DNA of 64,000 nt from Eledone cirrhosa (taxonomy: Eukaryota), in contig OZ024746.1 in assembly GCA_964016885.1 (NCBI GenBank), forward strand, positions 89,094,001 through 89,158,000, given 5' to 3'. Under the pieces are notes generated by a model. The model saw nothing but the letters and a program-made list of their open reading frames with translations. It had not been told where the DNA came from and did no database searches. The translations under genes and the position numbers were made by a program. Below are positions 58,335 to 64,000 of this stretch, piece after piece (within the stretch, counting starts at the first letter, position 1; each line of letters starts with the position of its first letter).

Positions 58335-59755
58335 TCGTTGAGTCTCAGTCATTGATGTTATTTAACTGGAAAGTTTGTTGAAATGAATATCAAGCCACTA
58401 CCTGCAGCCTCAGATATTCAGGACGTATCGGAGGGTTCTTGCTGTTCCCAGCAAGCACGCCTTTTGAAGTGTTCCAAAAAGCGGGGTGGGGACAATTTTC
58501 TTTAACCAACCCTTGAAACTCCTTGAGATAGTACCTAGTGCGCCTATGACAATCGGGACCACTTTGACTTCATGGCAGTTCCAAATCCTTTTTACCTCCC
58601 ACTTTAAGTCCTGGTATCGGTTAATTTTCTCCCTCTCCTTCTCTTGCACTCTCGTGTCGAATGGGCAGGCCACATCCACAATCAGGCACGATCTTTTTTC
58701 CTTGTCCAAAACCACCAGGTCAGGTCTATTGTGTTCCAGTTTCTTATCCGTCTGTATCCTAAAATCCCACAGCACCTTCACCTGATCGTTTTCTATCACC
58801 GACTCTGGTTTCTGCTCATACCACTTCTCAGAATGTGGTAAATTGTTTACTTTGCATAGGTGCCAGTGGATCACCCTGCCCATCACATCATGTCTCCAGA
58901 CTTTATAGTGAGTCTGGGCTAGGTGTTTACACTCGGATACAATGTGAGCCACAGTCTCCTCTCTCCACAGATCCTGCTCAGTGGGATAGCCTCCTCCTTG
59001 TAAATATGGTGTTTCAGCCACTTCGTTTTGAGGCCCTGCTCTTGCGCAGCCATTAGCATTCCTTCTGTAGCCTTTTTAAGGTCTCCTCTTTTCAACCAGT
59101 TCCATGTCTGTGGATCTCTGAATTTCGTTTTCTCAAAGAAGGTACTATGAAGGGATTTTCCATGAAGGCTGCTCTTTCTCCTTGTTGTTATTTCCTCCTT
59201 GGACATCCCCTGGTCTATTGTCTTCTCCTTCAGTACAATTCTGAGCATTGGCTCCTTACTATCGGTCACGTATTTGTGTAGGTTGTTTTTCTCCATCTGA
59301 ACACAGTCCTCTATGCTGATAAGACCTCTTCCATCTTCAGATCTCCTTAAGAAGAGTCTATCGACATCACTCCTCTTGTGGAACATGTTGTAGATAGTCA
59401 ATAACTTCCTAGTCTTCCTATCCATTATTTCTTTTTGTTCAACAACATTCCATCTCAGAATTCCCGGACTGTACATAATAGACACAGCTCGGGAATTTAC
59501 TGCACTTATGGCATTCCTACTGTTCACATGTGACTTAATACGCTCCTTATTCTCCGAATGTATTCAGATCTTATCAATTCCTTCATTTTTTTGTTCTTGA
59601 TGTCATCAGCCTCCAGAACACCCAAATACTTGTATCCTTCTTCAGTGTCAATTTCCTTTATCATCTCACCTGTTGGTACCTGGATTCCGTTGCTTCTGCT
59701 CAATTTACCCCTCTTCATCACAAGGACTCCACACTTACTAATACCAAATTGCATA
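58335..59755 (-). mobile_element. Dong/R4-like LINE 3' fragment (copy 2, includes the RT end)
   Basis: MQFGISKC..YKYLG, DRKTRKLL..RLFL.R..GRGL, CCHC and REL motifs; flanked by (TTA)n. Confidence 0.9.
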
Positions 59756-60109
59756 CATATTATTGCATTATTATTATTATAATTATTATTATTATTATTG
59801 GCGACCTAGGTAGTAAAACGTATTATCGTGAGCTCCGCAAAGGTTTGTTATTTTCAGTTGTTTAAAATTGCCATTTATGGAAAATCTTTATTGTTAACTG
59901 TATATAAGTGCACATACATTGTTATCTGAAAAGGACACTCAAAAAGATTGGGGCCTTGAGCCCAAAATTTAAACTTTTATAATTATCAAACAAAAACATT
60001 TTTCTTTGCAAAGTCACACCTTCCTCACAAACTAACACCTCACACCGACACCACCATTATAAATATTACTACACTAAAAATATAAGCAGTAGCAATATTT
60101 TTAAATTGT

Positions 60110-62703
60110 GTCACGCAGACATTCATTTCCCGCCATTACCAATGACTGCAGGTGTTGAAGCCACCACCCCCACCACCACCACAGCGACAACAGAAACAAA
60201 AGAAAAAAATAAATTATGTCGTGATATCGAAATGAATTCACCCAAAATGAACTCTTCCACACCAAACACCACTGCCGCCACCACCACCACAACTGAAACT
60301 AAAATTAACAATAACGATAACAACAACAGCAACAATGAGAATAAGAAAACCATATCTTTTGCCAGAATAGCAAAAAAGTGCGAAGCATTCCAGGTAACTT
60401 AGGAGGAATTAGAAGAAGCCAAAAAAATGGTAAAGAAAGATGGTAACAGGGTCAGCCTCACCCCCCACCTATTAAAATGGAGCATCGGCGCCTATGCACC
60501 GTGTATTATCGGACGATTAACAGAAAATAGCGCCGAGTGGAACGGGCATCCGCGTCCCAAATCCAAAAACTTTGGGACATGTGTGGGCAAATAAAACCCA
60601 CATCAGACGTGGGCAGAAATATGGAACCGTGGACGTGTTCTTTGAAACACCACAGGAGGTCAGAGAACACTCCATGTCCCCATTAAGAAGTGACGACTTC
60701 ACACTCGTCCCAAGCTATTGTGGCCAGAGACTCGTGAAGATCAGGGTGACCCACGTTCCACCGACCATCGAAATTCCCTGGCTAATGGCTGCCGTCCTCG
60801 CCGGCATCGAAGCCAACACCAAGATAATCGAAATTGCGAAAGAAAAGCAGTAGAACTGGTCCGGATCTGGGATGGAGCTTTTGATCCAATCGGACCAAAT
60901 AACCTCACCGTAATCGTCGAGGGCAGAAGGCCTAGGTGTGTCGTTTTTGGTGAAGGAACCCACCTAAGGGCTTTCTGCCCTCAGGTTAAAAGGTTGAGGC
61001 CACCTCTCTTACCCACCCCAGTGACTCAACCATCAACACCACCAGCAGCAGAAATGGCAGCAACAACTGTAGCAGCAACAACAGAAGCAACTATAACAGC
61101 AACAACCCCCAGCAACAGTAGCAAAACCAACACCACCACCACCCAACGCGCCAGAACTAGCACAAGCGCCTACACCATCAACCACGCCACAACCAAAACC
61201 TGTGGAGGATTTTCCACTCCCCGACCTATCGCAACTGGAGACAGATTGTGACGACGAGGAGTGGGAAACGGTATCAGGAAAAAAGAAAAAAAGAAAAAGA
61301 AACCCCAAAAGAAAAAATCCCCTTCCTTCCTCCTTCAAAAACAAAATACAGAGGGAAACAAATAAACTATCAAACAAAGAAGTTAGGACAGATATGCCAC
61401 CATCCACACCAGCATCACCAACCCCATCACCACAAACACCAACACCATCACCATCATTAACCCAACACCATCTTCACCAACACCACAAAAGTCACCAAAA
61501 AGCGAAACAGAAACAAACCCACAACAAACGCAAACAAAACAAAACAACCGAAACGATACACGCTACACATCATTAAATTTGAACATCGTCCCTTTACGAT
61601 CTGAGTTCAAATCCCGCCGAGGTTGACTTTGCCTTTCATCCTTACAGGCTCGATAAAATGAAGTACCAGTAATGCACTGGGTAATTGCTGGCCTTGTGCC
61701 TTAAGTAGAAACAATTAAATTTGAACAACAATCAATTATTACACTACATCCAACACAACACCAGCATCACAGAAAAAGACTACACAACAAACCAAAAGTT
61801 CACACCACCTCCACACATACAAATCACTCGCATCACACAGAAAACGTACACGACACTAAAACAAAAATTCCCCAAAGACATCGGAGACTTCCGACAAGCA
61901 CTCTCCAGGAGGATTTATAAGGATATCCTTCCGGAGGAGGCCACAAGCAGTGAAAGGGATGGAGAAACCATCCTTCCTCTACGAGAAGTAAGGTAAGTGG
62001 TCTTTCCCATCTTTTCCACCCCATTTCAACATGACATCACCCAGAATAGGCAGCATAAATGCGCGTGGCTTGGGGTCGTCATGGAAGCAGGGCCACTTGA
62101 TCAACGACGTCAGGTCACTAAACATAGATGTAGTGGCCATCAGTGAAACCAGAATCTCCGAAGCACGGGCCTTCGCACCGATCTTCGGCGGCTACGATGT
62201 GTACGCATCTCCCAGCCGTCCTGGATCGGGGGGAGGAGCTGCTGTGTTTTTTCGGAAAGGTTTGGATCTCGCCATACGGGCCATCTTCCTGGACCCAGAA
62301 GGTAAGTTGGTGGTGCTGAACGTGACCAGCGGAGACGGGCATACTTTCAGGCTAGTGGCCGTCTATGCCCCGACAGGAGCAGGGCGGCCTGATTTCTTCC
62401 GGCGTCTGGAGACCTTTCTTGGAACGTCCCGCACTTTAGTGTTAGTGGGCGACTGGAACGGGATCTTAGATGCCCGCTGGGACTGTGTGGGATTAGCGGA
62501 TAGGGGAGGAGGGTGCAAGAGCCTCACCACCCTGTCCCTCGGAAGTTTCCCACCTATTGGGGAATTTTTCATTGTTATTTTTTGTTACATCCTCTATTTT
62601 TTTTTTTTTTTACACGCAGAAATGCCCATTTATACCGTCCTGTATTGTCCTGTGCTGTCCTTAATGTCTACTTTATGTAAACCCTTGTGGTTAATAAAGA
62701 AAG
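60110..62703 (+). mobile_element. Internally deleted L1/Tx1-like LINE (ORF1 remnant, APE endonuclease, 3' UTR)
   Basis: ORF1 zinc-knuckle remnant EGRRPRC..GE.THL..FCP; ORF2 from 62031 GSINARGL, SET, VYAP, GDWN; breaks ~62530 into a 3' UTR with AATAAA at ~62693. Confidence 0.8.
61586..61713 (+). mobile_element. SINE inserted in the Tx1 element, 14-bp TSD
   Basis: ATTAAATTTGAACA at 61572-61585 and 61714-61727. Confidence 0.88.
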
Positions 62704-62789
62704 CATTATTAATAGTAAAAGTATTAGTATTAGTAATGGTGATTATCGTGACTATAATGACCTTGGTAATCATCACAATAGCATAATCG

Positions 62790-62922
62790 TGATAATGATA
62801 ACAGTAATGACGATAATGATTGTGATGATGATGATAATGATAATGATGATGATGTCGATGATGATAATGATGATGATAATGACGATGACAATGGTGATGC
62901 TGATGATGATAATGATGATGAC

Positions 62923-62953
<31 letters not shown>

Positions 62954-63426
62954 ATGATGAGTAGGATTGCCATGTTCGTCAACCCCAGCATGTTCTTAAT
63001 TATCATTGCAACAATAATAATAATCATCATCATCATCACCATCATCACCATCATCACTATCAACATCATCATCATCATCATCATCACCACCATCATCACC
63101 ATCATCATCATCATCACCATCACCATCATCACCATCATCACCACCATTACCATCATCACCATCATCATCATCATCATCATCACCATCACCATCACCATCA
63201 TCACCATCATCATCATCATCATCACCATCACCATCACCATCATCATCATCACCATCATCACCACCATCACCACCATCATCACCATCATCATCATCATCAC
63301 CACCATCACCATCATCACCATCATCACCATCATCACCACCATCATCACCACCATCATCATCATCACCATCTCCATCATCACCATCATCTCCATCATCACC
63401 ATCATCACCATCATCACCATCATCAC

Positions 63427-63461
<35 letters not shown>

Positions 63462-63599
63462 CCATCACCATCATCATTACAATACTAATAAAGATTAGCT
63501 ATGTCATCATAGAACTCTTTCATCGTTAATATAATCATTATTTTTTTGCTATCATCTTTGTTATTCACATATTCATCACTATGATGATGATGATGATGG

Positions 63600-63650
<51 letters not shown>

Positions 63651-63960
63651 CTATCATCAATAATATCATGGTCATGGTGGTCTTTTAATCATCATCAGCA
63701 GCAGCAATATTAGCTCTCGTCAACATCATCTTCATCGCCTTTATCATCATGATGATCATGATGATCACCATCACCATCACCATCACCACCATCACCATCA
63801 CCATCACCATAACCACCATCACCATCACCATCACCATCACCATAACCACCATCACCATCACCATCACCATCACCACCACCATCACCGTCATCATCATCAC
63901 CATCATCTTCAACATTATCATCATCATCATCATCAGTGATATGGTCATCACGTTCAACAT
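62790..63960. repeat. (GAT)n and (CAT/CAC)n degenerate microsatellite
   Basis: Directly visible; source of the poly-M/I/T ORFs. Confidence 0.95.
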
Positions 63961-64000
63961 AGCTGTATAATCATTACCATCCCACCCTTCGCCCTTTTTC

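Noticed and set aside
62687-63970. Poly-M/I/T/V ORFs
   Set aside because: (CAT/CAC)n microsatellite

Overview
AT-rich, repeat-saturated animal genomic DNA with no recognisable host protein-coding exon. The microsatellite load and the dominant tRNA-derived SINE resemble a cephalopod (octopus-like) genome; this is inference. Most long ORFs in the track are microsatellite artefacts. The real coding remnants are all decayed retrotransposons: two Penelope-like elements (RT + GIY-YIG), several R4/Dong-like REL-endonuclease LINEs in (CATA)n or (TAA)n tracts, a CR1-type LINE, an internally deleted L1/Tx1 element and RTE fragments. There are also about 18 SINE copies (several with clear TSDs), hAT MITEs and a probable Helitron. 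The most striking signal is non-coding. About 10 short fold-back elements, mostly in (TA)n tracts, share an 'antisense arm + sense arm + tail' architecture, and most carry a hand-foldable type I hammerhead ribozyme. A ~320-bp tandem array carries a hammerhead whose core has the compensatory U3-A8 pair (UUGAUAA), and a ~505-nt terminally redundant unit carries a canonical hammerhead. Together these suggest a diverse Penelope-mobilised, retrozyme/circRNA-like system. All RNA folds were done by eye and are not experimentally or computationally confirmed.
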